Shown: positions 54,392-64,000 of the stretch, piece after piece
Layout: each line of letters begins with the position of its first letter
How positions within the stretch are numbered: position 1 is the stretch's first letter
DNA from: an uncultured Clostridia bacterium
Lineage (GTDB): Bacteria > Bacillota > Clostridia > Christensenellales > Aristaeellaceae
Reading direction: 5' to 3'
DNA length: 64,000 bases
Assembly (NCBI GenBank): GCA_946538615.1
Contig: CAMNGW010000001.1
Span: 5,166-69,165 of the forward strand
Notes under the pieces: generated by a model
Database searches by the model: none
What the model was told of the DNA's origin: nothing
The model's input: the letters and a program-made list of their open reading frames with translations, nothing else
Made by a program: the position numbers and the translations under genes

Positions 54392-56170
54392 ATGGAAAGA
54401 GAAGAATTCCTGCAGGTCTACCGTCACTCCCTGGCGCATATTCTCGCCAAGGCCGTCATTGAGCTCTACGGCAAGGAAGTTCAGTATGCCATCGGACCGC
54501 AGATTGCGGACGGTCTCTATTACGACTTCATTCTGCCCAAAGCCGTATCTACTGAGGACTTTCCTGTCATTGAGGCCAAGATGAAAGAGATCCTCAAGCG
54601 CAAGGAAAACTGGCGCCGTGAAGAGGTCTCCAAGGCAGCTGCCCTTGAACTGTTCAAGGATCAGAAGTTCAAAGTGGAAATCATCCAGGACCTCCCTGAG
54701 GATGAAACCATCACCATCTATTATACAGGCGACGATTATGTCGACCTGTGCCGCGGCCCTCACGTGGAAAATTCCGCTGAGCTCCTGTCCACGGCATTCA
54801 AGATCAAATCTGTCTCCAGCGCTTACTGGCGCGGCGATGAAAAGCGGGACAGCCTGCAGCGTATCTACGTGTACGCTTTCCCGGACCAGAACCAGCTCAA
54901 GGCCCATCTGGCCTGGGTCAAGGAAGCCCTTGAACGCGACCATAAGAAAATCGGCACCCAGCTTGACCTGTTCATGTTCAACGAGACGGCTCCAGGCATG
55001 CCCTATTGGCTCCCCCGCGGCTCCAAGCTCTACCAGGCCCTTCTTGCTTTCTCCCGTGAGCTGCAGGCCCGTGAAGGCTATCAGGAGATCTCTGCGCCTG
55101 TCATCAATTCCAAGAAACTCTGGCTGATCTCTGGCCACTGGGCACATTATCAGAACAACATGTTTGTTGTCCCTGGCACAGACTGGACGCCGGACGCTGA
55201 GGATATGATGGGTGCCAAGCCCATGAACTGCCCCAACGCCATGACCGCCTACAAGCGCACTTCCCATTCTTATAAGGAGCTCCCGATCCGTTACAGCGAA
55301 TATGACGTGCTGCACCGCAAAGAAAAGTCCGGTCAGATGAACGGCCTGTTCCGCGTGCAGGAGTTCCGCCAGGATGACGACCATACCTTTGTCATGGAGA
55401 GCCAGATCGAAAGTGAGATTGAGAACATCATCTCAATTGCTGACCGCATTTACTCCACCTTCGGTCTCACCTACCGCGCTGAGTTTTCCACCCGTCCTGA
55501 CGATTTCATGGGCGATATCGAAGTCTGGAACCGCGCTGAAGCCGCTCTCAAGCGCATTCTTGATAAGCACTACGGCGAAGGCAAGTACGAAATCAACGAG
55601 GGCGACGGTGCCTTCTACGGTCCCAAGATTGACCTTCAGATCAAGGACGCGCTCGGACGTGAATGGCAGTGCGGTACCATTCAGCTTGACTTCCAGCTCC
55701 CCCACAATTTCGGTCTGACCTATCAGGATTCCAACGGCACGCTCCAGGAGCCGGTTGTTCTGCACCGTGCTATCTATGGTTCCTTCGAGCGTTTCATCGG
55801 CATCATCATCGAGCACTTCAAGGGCGCTTTCCCCTTCTGGCTCAACCCCTATCAGGTCGGTGTCGTCCCGATCCGCACGGAACACAATGCCTACGCTGAG
55901 AAAGTTGTCGCTGCCCTGCAGGATGCCGGCATCCGCACCGAGGTGGACTATGCGGATAAGAACATGAATGAAAAAATCAAGTTCTACAAGACCATGAAAG
56001 ATCCGTATATCGTGGTTGTCGGCGATAAGGAAGCCGCTGAAAATACCGTTTCTGTCACCGTCCGCGGTCAGAAGCAGCAGCTCCATGATGTCCCGCTCGA
56101 TACGTTCGTCGCCATGTGCGATAAGCTCAACCGCAGCCGCGCCATCGATCTTCTGACAAGCTTTGAATGA
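54392..56170 (+). CDS. thrS: Threonine--tRNA ligase (short form lacking the N-terminal TGS domain)
   Basis: 592 aa from the ATG at 54392. It begins directly at the editing-domain His motif (YRHSLAHILAKAV). Class II motifs and the anticodon-binding domain are present. A Thr T-box lies upstream. Confidence 0.9.
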   Translation: MEREEFLQVYRHSLAHILAKAVIELYGKEVQYAIGPQIADGLYYDFILPKAVSTEDFPVIEAKMKEILKRKENWRREEVSKAAALELFKDQKFKVEIIQDLPEDETITIYYTGDDYVDLCRGPHVENSAELLSTAFKIKSVSSAYWRGDEKRDSLQRIYVYAFPDQNQLKAHLAWVKEALERDHKKIGTQLDLFMFNETAPGMPYWLPRGSKLYQALLAFSRELQAREGYQEISAPVINSKKLWLISGHWAHYQNNMFVVPGTDWTPDAEDMMGAKPMNCPNAMTAYKRTSHSYKELPIRYSEYDVLHRKEKSGQMNGLFRVQEFRQDDDHTFVMESQIESEIENIISIADRIYSTFGLTYRAEFSTRPDDFMGDIEVWNRAEAALKRILDKHYGEGKYEINEGDGAFYGPKIDLQIKDALGREWQCGTIQLDFQLPHNFGLTYQDSNGTLQEPVVLHRAIYGSFERFIGIIIEHFKGAFPFWLNPYQVGVVPIRTEHNAYAEKVVAALQDAGIRTEVDYADKNMNEKIKFYKTMKDPYIVVVGDKEAAENTVSVTVRGQKQQLHDVPLDTFVAMCDKLNRSRAIDLLTSFE

Positions 56171-56257
56171 GCCATACCATGAAACCCTGCCGCAAGGCGG
56201 GGTTTTTCTTTGTGCATTTTCAGCGTCCCCTTGCAGCATGAAGCATCCGGTACTATA

Positions 56258-56899
56258 ATGGCCATATTGATTAAGTCACAGAAACGGGGTAATGACTTGA
56301 AAATCCTTCTTATTGCCGATCAGGAGTGTCCCGCGCTTTGGGATCACTACCGTCCTGAACGGGTACAGGGCATTGATCTCATCATTTCATGCGGGGATCT
56401 GAAACGGGAATATCTGGAATTTCTGGTCACCATGGCCTCAAAGCCGCTGCTCTACGTGCCCGGAAACCATGATGAACGGTACGCTAAGGACCCGCCCGAA
56501 GGCTGCGAGAATATCGATGGCTGCATCTTTGAGTTCCATGGGCTGCGCATCGGCGGCCTTGGCGGCTGCAAAGAATACTCTTCCGGTGTCTACCAGTTCA
56601 CAGAAAAACAAATGTCCAAAAAAGTGCACCGTTTTCAGAAGGCCATCAAAAAAGCTGGCGGCCTGGACATTTTTGTCAGTCACGCAAGCCTCACCGGCTA
56701 CGGCGATGCCCAGGACCGTGCTCACCTTGGCTTTGATTGTTTCCAGACCATTCTTGATGAAGCCAGGCCGCAGGTCATGTGCCACGGCCATGTCCATCAG
56801 AGCTATGGCTGGGACATCCCGCGCATCGTGGATTACAATGGGATTCCTATCATTAACGCCTTTGAGCGCTATGTGCTGGATGTCCCCGATAAAGCGTAG
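56258..56899 (+). CDS. Metallophosphoesterase family protein
   Basis: Motifs are ILLIADQ, SCGDL, VPGNHD and CHGHVH. The start is uncertain: ATG 56258 or the in-frame TTG at 56297. Confidence 0.7.
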   Translation: MAILIKSQKRGNDLKILLIADQECPALWDHYRPERVQGIDLIISCGDLKREYLEFLVTMASKPLLYVPGNHDERYAKDPPEGCENIDGCIFEFHGLRIGGLGGCKEYSSGVYQFTEKQMSKKVHRFQKAIKKAGGLDIFVSHASLTGYGDAQDRAHLGFDCFQTILDEARPQVMCHGHVHQSYGWDIPRIVDYNGIPIINAFERYVLDVPDKA

Positions 56900-56902
56900 A
56901 AG

Positions 56903-56930
56903 AAGACACCGTTTTCACGGTGTCTTTTTA
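56903..56930. terminator. Rho-independent terminator
   Basis: A 10-bp stem aagacaccgt / acggtgtctt with loop tttc, followed by ttta. Confidence 0.75.
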
Positions 56931-57086
56931 AAGACTCCGTGCCCGTGTGACCTCCGTATGCCCAGTCACAGACCGCAAAATCCCGCGGTCTCCTCACCTG
57001 CAGCAGACAGGTCCGGGAGCGCTTTTTCATGTTTGTCAGCCATATGTGTCCGTGTGCAGCACCGTTTCCGCCCATGGCACGGCAAA

Positions 57087-57104
57087 CGCGAATAATTATG
57101 CATA
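57087..57104. promoter_or_regulatory. ARG-box-like ArgR/AhrC operator (distal)
   Basis: The reverse complement tatgcataattattcgcg matches wnTGAATwwwwATTCAnw at 8 of 10 conserved positions. It shares a 15-nt core (57091-57105) in inverted orientation with the proximal box. Confidence 0.4.
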
Positions 57105-57227
57105 AAACACTGTATATTTATTTTGTCTTTTTTATATTGTTTGTTATCCATTTCCGACATCTGCTCTGTTAAAAGCGGGATTTTTCAGTTTATCCGTTCC
57201 CTGTCTAAAATGTTCTGATTAATTTTT

Positions 57228-57245
57228 TATGCATAATTATTGACA
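57228..57245. promoter_or_regulatory. ARG-box-like ArgR/AhrC operator overlapping the argG -35
   Basis: tatgcataattattgaca matches the ARG-box consensus at 8 of 10 conserved positions and overlaps TTGACA (57240-57245). Confidence 0.45.
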
Positions 57246-57268
57246 AGGAAACACCCCGGGTGTAGAAT
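57240..57268 (+). promoter_or_regulatory. Putative promoter of the arginine operon
   Basis: TTGACA, a 17-nt spacer, then TAGAAT (57263-57268). It lies ~40 nt upstream of the argG RBS. Confidence 0.5.
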
Positions 57269-57310
57269 GTGCGGCGTTCCCATTAGTAAAAAGCAGGAGG
57301 CAAATATCCT

Positions 57311-58528
57311 ATGGCAGCCTATAAGAAAATTGTCCTCGCCTATTCCGGCGGACTTGATACATCCATTATCATCCCCTGGCTCAAGGAAAACTACAACAAT
57401 CCCGAGATCATCGCTGTATCCGGGAACGTCGGCCAGGCTGATGAACTGGAAGGCCTTGAAGAAAAAGCGCTTAAGACCGGTGCATCCAAGCTCTATGTCC
57501 TTGACCTGATGGATGAGTACGTCGACGACTTCATCATTCCCACCATGAAAGCCGGGGCTGTGTACGAAGATTATCTCCTCGGCACGAGCCATGCCCGTCC
57601 CTGCATTGCCAAGGGCCTTGTGGACATTGCGATCAAGGAAGGTGCTGACGCCATCTGCCATGGCTGCACCGGCAAAGGCAACGACCAGGTCCGTTTCGAA
57701 CTCGCGATCAAGCATTTCGCCCCGAATATGCCCATCATCGCGCCGTGGCGTGAATGGTCCATCAAATCCAGAGACGAAGAAATCGATTATGCCGAGGCTC
57801 ACAATGTGCCTCTGAAGATTAACCGCGAGACCAACTATTCCAAGGACAAGAACATGTGGCACCTCTCCCATGAAGGTCTTGACCTTGAGGATACCGGCAA
57901 TGAACCGCAGTATGAAAAACCCGGTTTCCTGGAGATGGGCGTATCCCCCATTGATGCGCCGGACAAGCCCACCTATGTCGAGCTGGAATTTGAAAAAGGC
58001 ATCCCGGTTGCCCTCAACGGTGAGCGCATGAGTGCCAAGAACATTATCCTCGCCCTGAACAAAATTGGCGGGGAAAACGGAATCGGCATCATTGACATCG
58101 TGGAGAACCGTCTTGTGGGCATGAAGTGCCGCGGCGTCTATGAGACTCCCGGCGGCACCATTCTCTACAAGGCCCATCATGTTCTTGAGAGCCTCTGCCT
58201 GGATAAGCTGACCATGCACGAGAAAGAGAAGCTGGCAATCACCTTCGCCGAGCTCGTCTACAATGGCCAGTGGTTCACCCCCCTGCGCGAAGCCCTCTCC
58301 GCCTTTGTGGACAAGACCCAGGAGCACGTGACAGGCAAAGTCCGTCTCAAGCTCTACAAGGGCAACATGATCAATGCCGGCACCTGGAGCCCCTACTCTC
58401 TGTATTCTGAGGAAATCGCCACCTTCGGCGAGAGCGATTACAATCAGAAGGACGCCCAAGGCTTCATCAATCTCTACGGTCTGCCCATCCGTGTCCAGGC
58501 TCTGGTTTCCCAGAAGAACGAAAAGTAA
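57311..58528 (+). CDS. argG: Argininosuccinate synthase
   Basis: 405 aa. Motifs are AYSGGLDTS and the [13 protein letters not shown] signature. The RBS is AGGAGG. Confidence 0.95.
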   Translation: MAAYKKIVLAYSGGLDTSIIIPWLKENYNNPEIIAVSGNVGQADELEGLEEKALKTGASKLYVLDLMDEYVDDFIIPTMKAGAVYEDYLLGTSHARPCIAKGLVDIAIKEGADAICHGCTGKGNDQVRFELAIKHFAPNMPIIAPWREWSIKSRDEEIDYAEAHNVPLKINRETNYSKDKNMWHLSHEGLDLEDTGNEPQYEKPGFLEMGVSPIDAPDKPTYVELEFEKGIPVALNGERMSAKNIILALNKIGGENGIGIIDIVENRLVGMKCRGVYETPGGTILYKAHHVLESLCLDKLTMHEKEKLAITFAELVYNGQWFTPLREALSAFVDKTQEHVTGKVRLKLYKGNMINAGTWSPYSLYSEEIATFGESDYNQKDAQGFINLYGLPIRVQALVSQKNEK

Positions 58529-58581
58529 CTTTGTCTCTTCGGCTGCCAAGGCAGCCTGAAATCAATCAGGAGGAAACGATT

Positions 58582-59331
58582 ATGAAAAAGATGCTTGCTT
58601 TACTCTGTGTCCTTTGCATGACAGTGTCCGTGTTCGGCTTTGTCCTTGCAGAAGAACTCACCACCGTCGACGCCGGGAAGCTCACCATTTCCACCAGCCC
58701 TGATTTCCCTCCCTTCGAGTATACCGATGATGAGAACAACATCGTCGGCATTGAACCCGAACTCATGGCCATCATCTCCGAGAAAATCGGTCTGGAGCTT
58801 GTCATTGATGCCATGGATTTCGACTCCGCCCTCCTTGCTGCCCAGACTGGCAAGAGCGATGCCGTCGTATCCGGCGTGACGGTCACCGAGGACCGTAAGC
58901 TGATCTTCGACTTCACCGATACCTACATCACCATCACCCAGGCTATCGTCTCCAAGGAAGCCAACAACGTGACCATGGATGACCTCAAGGGCAAGACCAT
59001 CGGTGTGCAGCGCGGCACAACCGGCCACATCTACACAGAAGACGATTACGGCGAGGACAGCGTACAGGCTTACGACACCTACTCCACTGTCTTCCAGGCC
59101 CTGTTCAATGACCAGGTCGACTGCATCGTCATGGATGACGCTGTAGCCAAGGCCTACATTGCCAGGAATCCTGGCCTCGTCATGAACCCCACGACCTATG
59201 AGCCTGAAAGCTTTGCCTTTGGTGTCAACAAGGGCAACTCCGGCCTGCAGGCTGCCATCAACAAAGCCCTTGCCGAGCTCAAGGAAGACGGCACCGTGCA
59301 GAGTCTGATCGACAAGTACATGGTCGACTGA
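58582..59331 (+). CDS. Polar amino acid ABC transporter substrate-binding protein
   Basis: 249 aa from the ATG at 58582, with RBS AGGAGG. A signal peptide is present. The family-3 SBP pattern is SPDFPPFEY...D.D.ALLAAQTGK.D.V.SG.T.T..R. Confidence 0.85.
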   Translation: MKKMLALLCVLCMTVSVFGFVLAEELTTVDAGKLTISTSPDFPPFEYTDDENNIVGIEPELMAIISEKIGLELVIDAMDFDSALLAAQTGKSDAVVSGVTVTEDRKLIFDFTDTYITITQAIVSKEANNVTMDDLKGKTIGVQRGTTGHIYTEDDYGEDSVQAYDTYSTVFQALFNDQVDCIVMDDAVAKAYIARNPGLVMNPTTYEPESFAFGVNKGNSGLQAAINKALAELKEDGTVQSLIDKYMVD

Positions 59332-59413
59332 GCAGAGACGTTCATAAAAGGGCGGCCTTGGGCCGTCCTTTCCTTTTTATTCCTGCCCTCCATCTACTGA
59401 ACCGGAAAGTGAG

Positions 59414-60187
59414 GTGCCCCATTTGGAGCAATACACAGCCTGGAAAGCGCTGATTACCAGCGGTGAAGCAGTCAGCGCCTGGCAAAAATTCTATGTCTAC
59501 TTCTATCAGGCTTTTTTAGAAAAGAACCGCTGGCAGCAGTACCTCAACGGCGTGGGAACAACGCTTTATGTCACCGCGCTCGCGCTTATCCTCGGCGTGA
59601 TCCTCGGCATTATTGTCGCTGTGGTGCGTACCGCCCATGACCAGCAGCGCCCCGGCCACAGGAACCCCATCCTTGGCATCCTGGACCTGATTTTCCGTGT
59701 CTATGTGACCGTCATCCGCGGCACACCCATGATGGTCCAGCTCCTCATCATGGGATTTGTCGTATTCGCTTCCTCCAAAAACTTTGCCCTCGTCGGCGCA
59801 CTTACCCTCGGCATCAACTCCGGTGCCTACCAGGCAGAAATCATCCGCGGCGGGCTGATGTCCGTAGATGCCGGGCAGATGGAGGCCAGCCGCTCCCTGG
59901 GGCTCAATTATTTCGATACCATGCGCTTTGTCATCATTCCCCAGGCCATCAAGGCGATTCTTCCTGCCCTGGGCAACGAGTTCATCGTGCTGCTCAAGGA
60001 TACCTCCCTGATCTCCGTCATCGGCGGCAAAGAGCTGCTGTACGCTGCGCGCGCCATCGTCAGCCGTACCTATGAGGCCATGTACCCCTTCCTCATCACA
60101 GCCGCAATCTATCTGATTCTCGTTATGATCTTTACCTGGCTCCTAGGCATCTTTGAAAGGAGGCTGCGTACCAGTGATCGACGTTAA
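59414..60187 (+). CDS. Amino acid ABC transporter permease (His/Glu/Gln/Arg/opine family)
   Basis: About 255 aa. The motif is [13 protein letters not shown] with the EAA-like loop [22 protein letters not shown]. The start is uncertain: GTG 59414 or the in-frame TTG 59423. Confidence 0.85.
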   Translation: MPHLEQYTAWKALITSGEAVSAWQKFYVYFYQAFLEKNRWQQYLNGVGTTLYVTALALILGVILGIIVAVVRTAHDQQRPGHRNPILGILDLIFRVYVTVIRGTPMMVQLLIMGFVVFASSKNFALVGALTLGINSGAYQAEIIRGGLMSVDAGQMEASRSLGLNYFDTMRFVIIPQAIKAILPALGNEFIVLLKDTSLISVIGGKELLYAARAIVSRTYEAMYPFLITAAIYLILVMIFTWLLGIFERRLRTSDRR

Positions 60188-60896
60188 GCATCTCTCCAAG
60201 CGCTTTGGCACGCTTGAAGTTCTGCAGGATGTGAACCTTCACGTGGACAAAGGTGAATGTGTCTGCTTTATCGGACCGTCCGGTTCGGGCAAATCCACCT
60301 TCCTGCGCTGCCTGAACCTGCTTGAGATCCCCACATCCGGGGAAGTCATCTTTGACGGCGTCTCCATGACAGATCCCAAAACTGATATCAACCGCATGCG
60401 TCAGAAAATGGGCATGGTCTTCCAGCACTTCAATCTTTTCCCGAACATGACCATACTGCGCAACATGACCCTGGCTCCGGTCCGCACGAAGCTCTGCACC
60501 AGGGAGCAGGCAGAAAAGAAGGCCATGGAACTTCTCACCCGAGTAGGACTCCAGGATAAAGCCAATTCCTATCCGGCCCAGCTTTCCGGCGGTCAGAAGC
60601 AGCGCGTGGCCATTGTGCGCGCCCTGTGCATGGAACCCGAGGTGATGCTCTTTGACGAGCCCACTTCAGCCCTCGACCCTGAAATGGTCGGAGAAGTGCT
60701 CGATGTCATGAAAAGTCTTGCCGCAAGCGGAATGACCATGGTTGTTGTCACCCATGAAATGGGTTTTGCCCGCGAAGTGGCCAACCGTGTGCTCTTCCTT
60801 GAGGGGGGCCAGATCCTTGAAGAAGGCGACCCCCAGACCCTTTTCAACGCGCCCAAAACCGAACGCCTGGCTTCATTTCTTGCCAAAGTTCTGTAA
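60174..60896 (+). CDS. Amino acid ABC transporter ATP-binding protein
   Basis: 240 aa from the GTG at 60174, with GAAAGGAGG upstream. Walker A is GPSGSGKST, the signature is LSGGQKQR and Walker B is [11 protein letters not shown]. Confidence 0.9.
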   Translation: MIDVKHLSKRFGTLEVLQDVNLHVDKGECVCFIGPSGSGKSTFLRCLNLLEIPTSGEVIFDGVSMTDPKTDINRMRQKMGMVFQHFNLFPNMTILRNMTLAPVRTKLCTREQAEKKAMELLTRVGLQDKANSYPAQLSGGQKQRVAIVRALCMEPEVMLFDEPTSALDPEMVGEVLDVMKSLAASGMTMVVVTHEMGFAREVANRVLFLEGGQILEEGDPQTLFNAPKTERLASFLAKVL

Positions 60897-60911
60897 CCAA
60901 CAGGAGGATGT

Positions 60912-61916
60912 ATGTCAAACTGTTCAAGTCTGTACCGCAAAAGTTTTCTCAAGCTTCTCGATCTGACAGCAGATGAAATTGTCGGCCTGCTCGATCTTGC
61001 CTCTGAACTGAAAACACGCAAAAAAGCCGGCATCCCGCACAAGCTGTGTGACGGGATGAACATTGCCCTGATTTTTGAAAAGACCAGCACGCGCACACGC
61101 TGCGCTTTTGAAGTGGCGGCTTCCGACCTGGGCATGCATGCCACCTATCTCGATCCCTCCGGCAGCCAGATCGGCAAAAAAGAATCCATTGCTGACACCG
61201 CCCGCGTGCTTGGGCGCATGTATGATGGCATTGAATACCGCGGCTATGGCCAGGACATCGTGGAGAGCCTGGCAAAATACGCAGGGGTACCGGTATGGAA
61301 CGGTCTGACCAATGAGTTCCATCCCACGCAGGTCCTCGCTGATTTTCTCACCATCCTTGAGCATTTCGGCTCCCTGCATGACAAGAAGCTTGTCTTTATG
61401 GGAGACGCCCGGTACAACATGGCCAATTCCCTGATGGTGGGCTGTGCCAAAATGGGTCTGCATTTTGTCGCCTGCGCACCTGAAATATATTTCCCCAACC
61501 CTGACCTCGTCCGTACCTGCCAGTCCCTTGCCCAGGAAACAGGCGCGACCCTCACTTTTGAGACGGACCCTGTAAAGGCTGTGAAGGATGCCGATGTGAT
61601 CTATACCGACGTATGGGTCTCCATGGGCGAGCCGCAGGAAGTCTGGGCCGAACGGATCAAAGACCTCAGGCCCTACCAGGTCAATGCGTCTCTGATGTCC
61701 CTCGCCGGCAGCAAAGCCGTTTTCATGCACTGCCTGCCCGCCTTCCATGATCTGGGCACCTCCATCGGCCGGGAGATCCATGATACCTTCGGCCTTGATG
61801 CCATGGAAGTCACAGATGACGTCTTTGAAAGCTCCCAATCCATCGTGTTCAATGAGGCTGAGAACCGGATGCATACCATAAAGGCTGTCATGGCAGCAAC
61901 GCTTTGCGAGGTGTGA
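60912..61916 (+). CDS. argF: Ornithine carbamoyltransferase
   Basis: 334 aa. Motifs are STRTR, HPTQ and HCLPA. Confidence 0.9.
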   Translation: MSNCSSLYRKSFLKLLDLTADEIVGLLDLASELKTRKKAGIPHKLCDGMNIALIFEKTSTRTRCAFEVAASDLGMHATYLDPSGSQIGKKESIADTARVLGRMYDGIEYRGYGQDIVESLAKYAGVPVWNGLTNEFHPTQVLADFLTILEHFGSLHDKKLVFMGDARYNMANSLMVGCAKMGLHFVACAPEIYFPNPDLVRTCQSLAQETGATLTFETDPVKAVKDADVIYTDVWVSMGEPQEVWAERIKDLRPYQVNASLMSLAGSKAVFMHCLPAFHDLGTSIGREIHDTFGLDAMEVTDDVFESSQSIVFNEAENRMHTIKAVMAATLCEV

Positions 61917-61917
61917 T

Positions 61918-62997
61918 ATGGCTTATCTTGTGCTGGCCAACGGCGATGTCTATGAGGGCACGCGCATTGGCGCCAAAGGGGATTGCATAGGGGAAATTGT
62001 ATTCACCACCGGCATGGTGGGCTATCTTGAAACCCTCACTGACCCCAGCTATGCCGGCCAGATCATCATCCAGACCTTCCCTATGATCGGCAACTACGGC
62101 GTAATCCCCGAGGATTTCGAAGGAAAGAGCGCCTGCAGAGGGTACGTGGTCCGCGAGCTTTGCGATGCCCCTTCCAATTTCCGCTCCCGCTACGATCTGG
62201 ATACCTATCTCCGGGAAAACGGGATCCCCGGCATCTGCGGCGTCGATACGCGCCAGCTCACGCGTGTGATCCGCGAATCCGGCGTGATGAACGCCATGAT
62301 CTGCGACACGCTGCCTGACACGCTCGATGCGATCCGTGCATACAAGGTAGGAAAGGTTGTCAATGAGGTTTCCGTCAGCGAGCCCCATACTTACCCTGCC
62401 TGCGGTCAGGCCCGGTACCGGGTGGCCCTGCTGGATTACGGCGCAAAGCATAATATTATCCGCTCTCTTCAGTCCCGCGGCTGTGACACAACCGTGTACC
62501 CGGCCCGGACGACGGCCTCTGTGATCCTCCAGGGCCATTATGACGGCCTTATGCTTTCCAATGGCCCCGGTGACCCGGAAGAAAACGTCTATGAAATCGG
62601 ACAGCTCAGGGAGCTCATCGGAAAGCTCCCCATCTTTGGCATCTGCCTCGGGCACCAGCTTACGGCCCTTGCCATGGGCGGCAGGACCATAAAGCTCAAA
62701 TACGGCCATCGCGGCGGGAACCAGCCCGTGCGCGAACTGAAGAGCGGAAGGACCTATATCACCTCCCAGAACCATGGGTACGCCGTCGTCACAGACAGCC
62801 TGAAAGGCACAGGGACCGAGACATGGCGCAATGCCAATGACGGCAGCTGTGAGGGCATGGCTTATCCCGGTAAGAACTGTGAAACCGTCCAGTTCCATCC
62901 GGAAGCCTGCTCTGGTCCAAAAGACACAGGCTTTCTCTTTGACCGCTTCCTTGAGATGATGAATGCCGCAAAGGGGGAGAATCATGCCGAAGGATAA
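61918..62997 (+). CDS. carA: Carbamoyl-phosphate synthase small (glutaminase) subunit
   Basis: 359 aa. The motif is GICLGHQ with the catalytic Cys, followed by the FHPE His-Glu region. Confidence 0.95.
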   Translation: MAYLVLANGDVYEGTRIGAKGDCIGEIVFTTGMVGYLETLTDPSYAGQIIIQTFPMIGNYGVIPEDFEGKSACRGYVVRELCDAPSNFRSRYDLDTYLRENGIPGICGVDTRQLTRVIRESGVMNAMICDTLPDTLDAIRAYKVGKVVNEVSVSEPHTYPACGQARYRVALLDYGAKHNIIRSLQSRGCDTTVYPARTTASVILQGHYDGLMLSNGPGDPEENVYEIGQLRELIGKLPIFGICLGHQLTALAMGGRTIKLKYGHRGGNQPVRELKSGRTYITSQNHGYAVVTDSLKGTGTETWRNANDGSCEGMAYPGKNCETVQFHPEACSGPKDTGFLFDRFLEMMNAAKGENHAEG

Positions 62998-64000
62998 CCT
63001 GATCCGCAAGGTGCTCGTCATCGGCTCCGGTCCCATTGTGATCGGCCAGGCCGCTGAATTTGACTATGCCGGCGCCCAGGCCTGCCGCGTACTGCGCGAA
63101 GAGGGGATCAATGTGGTGCTGGTGAACTCCAACCCGGCCACCATCATGACGGACAAACACCTTGCCGATGAAATCTACCTTGAGCCCCTCAATGCGGAAA
63201 CTGTAAGGCGCATCATTGAGAAAGAGCGCCCTGACGGCCTGCTGGCAGGCCTTGGCGGACAGACCGCCCTCACCCTGGCCATGCAGCTGGACCGTGACGG
63301 CACACTGAAAAAATATGGCGTGCGCCTGCTCGGGTCCGATATCTCCGCCATTGAAAAAGCGGAAGACCGGGAGAAGTTCCGCGCCACAATGCAGGCTATA
63401 GGCCAGCCCTGTGTGCCCAGCCAGATCGCAGAGGACCTGGAGACAGCCGTTGCGGAGGCGCGTGAAATCGGCTATCCCGTCATCGTGCGTCCTGCCTATA
63501 CCCTTGGCGGCACCGGGGGCGGAATCGCCTATAACGAGGAAGAGTTCCGCACCATTGCAAGAGGCGGTCTGGATGCCAGCCCCATCACGCAGATCCTTGT
63601 GGAAAAATGTATCGCCGGCTGGAAAGAAATCGAGTTTGAAACCATGCGCGACAGTCTGGGCAACGTGATTGCCGTCTGTTCCATGGAAAATGTCGACCCT
63701 GTCGGCATCCATACAGGGGACTCCATTGTCGTGGCCCCCGCCCTTACCCTCTCGGATAAAGAGTACCAGATGCTGCGCTCAGCGAGCCTTGATATGATCT
63801 CCGCCATAGGGATCATGGGCGGGTGCAACTGCCAGTTCGCACTCAATCCCGACTCGTTTGAATATGCTGTCATAGAGGTCAATCCCCGTGTCTCGCGCTC
63901 CTCTGCCCTCGCCTCAAAGGCAACCGGCTACCCGATTGCCAAGATCACAACGCGCATCGCCCTGGGCTACACCCTCGATGAAATCGCCAATGACATCACA
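62984..64000 (+). CDS. carB: Carbamoyl-phosphate synthase large subunit, 5' part (runs off the window)
   Basis: This gene is not in the ORF track. The ATG at 62984 gives [30 protein letters not shown]..., the canonical CarB N-terminus. It overlaps carA by 14 nt and is open to 64000 (339 codons). Confidence 0.9.
   Translation, partial: MPKDNLIRKVLVIGSGPIVIGQAAEFDYAGAQACRVLREEGINVVLVNSNPATIMTDKHLADEIYLEPLNAETVRRIIEKERPDGLLAGLGGQTALTLAMQLDRDGTLKKYGVRLLGSDISAIEKAEDREKFRATMQAIGQPCVPSQIAEDLETAVAEAREIGYPVIVRPAYTLGGTGGGIAYNEEEFRTIARGGLDASPITQILVEKCIAGWKEIEFETMRDSLGNVIAVCSMENVDPVGIHTGDSIVVAPALTLSDKEYQMLRSASLDMISAIGIMGGCNCQFALNPDSFEYAVIEVNPRVSRSSALASKATGYPIAKITTRIALGYTLDEIANDIT

Noticed and set aside
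54371-56239. Minus-strand ORFs (337 and 268 aa) opposite thrS.
   Set aside because: For the same reason: thrS is supported by its motifs and by the upstream Thr T-box.
56966-57160. 64-aa Cys-rich minus-strand ORF in the argG upstream region.
   Set aside because: It has no convincing RBS. Its 5' third lies in AT-rich promoter/operator DNA and spans the distal ARG-box-like site. It is more likely non-coding, though a small protein cannot be excluded without conservation data.
57227-58549. 440-aa minus-strand ORF opposite argG.
   Set aside because: argG on the plus strand is unambiguous ([22 protein letters not shown]). The antisense product has no motifs.
60924-63712. Minus-strand ORFs of 316, 382 and 307 aa opposite argF, carA and carB.
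   Set aside because: The plus-strand genes carry canonical signatures (STRTR/HCLPA, GICLGHQ, and the CarB N-terminus). The antisense frames are artefacts of GC-rich codon usage.

Overview
This 64-kb window comes from a fairly high-GC, Gram-positive-type anaerobe, probably Clostridia. The signs are AGGAGG-type ribosome-binding sites, a T-box leader, an ECF S-component and Etf-coupled lactate dehydrogenase genes. I support about 50 CDS. I saw no rRNA, tRNA, CRISPR array, transposase or integrase. All family calls rest on motif recognition and memory, because no searches were run.

Layout:
- 0-5 kb: the tail of an LRR surface protein, then a GH51-GH3 glycosidase operon.
- 5-10.7 kb: recO, a MATE exporter and an lctBCD-like Etf/FAD-oxidase operon.
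- 10.9-16.6 kb: GH130 and a DUF4434-like gene, divergent from an LplABC-type sugar ABC importer.
- 16.9-20.2 kb: AraC, a DUF3592 fusion and a secreted protein.
- 20.4-29 kb: two Gfo/Idh/MocA oxidoreductases, an M20 amidohydrolase, GH20, a BadF-type kinase, a SIS protein and a ceramidase-like hydrolase.
- 29-50 kb: an accessory-looking stretch. It holds a beta-helix protein with a 42-nt tandem repeat and a cytoplasmic ParB-like/BMP fusion. It also holds the terminator-bounded block at 33.2-38.8 kb, a Zn-ribbon protein, a DEDDh exonuclease fusion and two giant surface proteins (1616 and 1377 aa).
- 50-64 kb: housekeeping genes. These are an ECF S-component with coaX, an L,D-transpeptidase, T-box-thrS, and an arginine operon (argG, amino-acid ABC transporter, argF, carA, carB) with ARG-box-like operators.

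The best candidate for an undescribed system is the 33.2-38.8 kb block. It pairs an SF2 helicase, transcribed divergently, with a 260-aa unknown protein and two paralogous BrxD/DUF2791-like P-loop ATPases. No BREX core genes or TerB gene accompany them.
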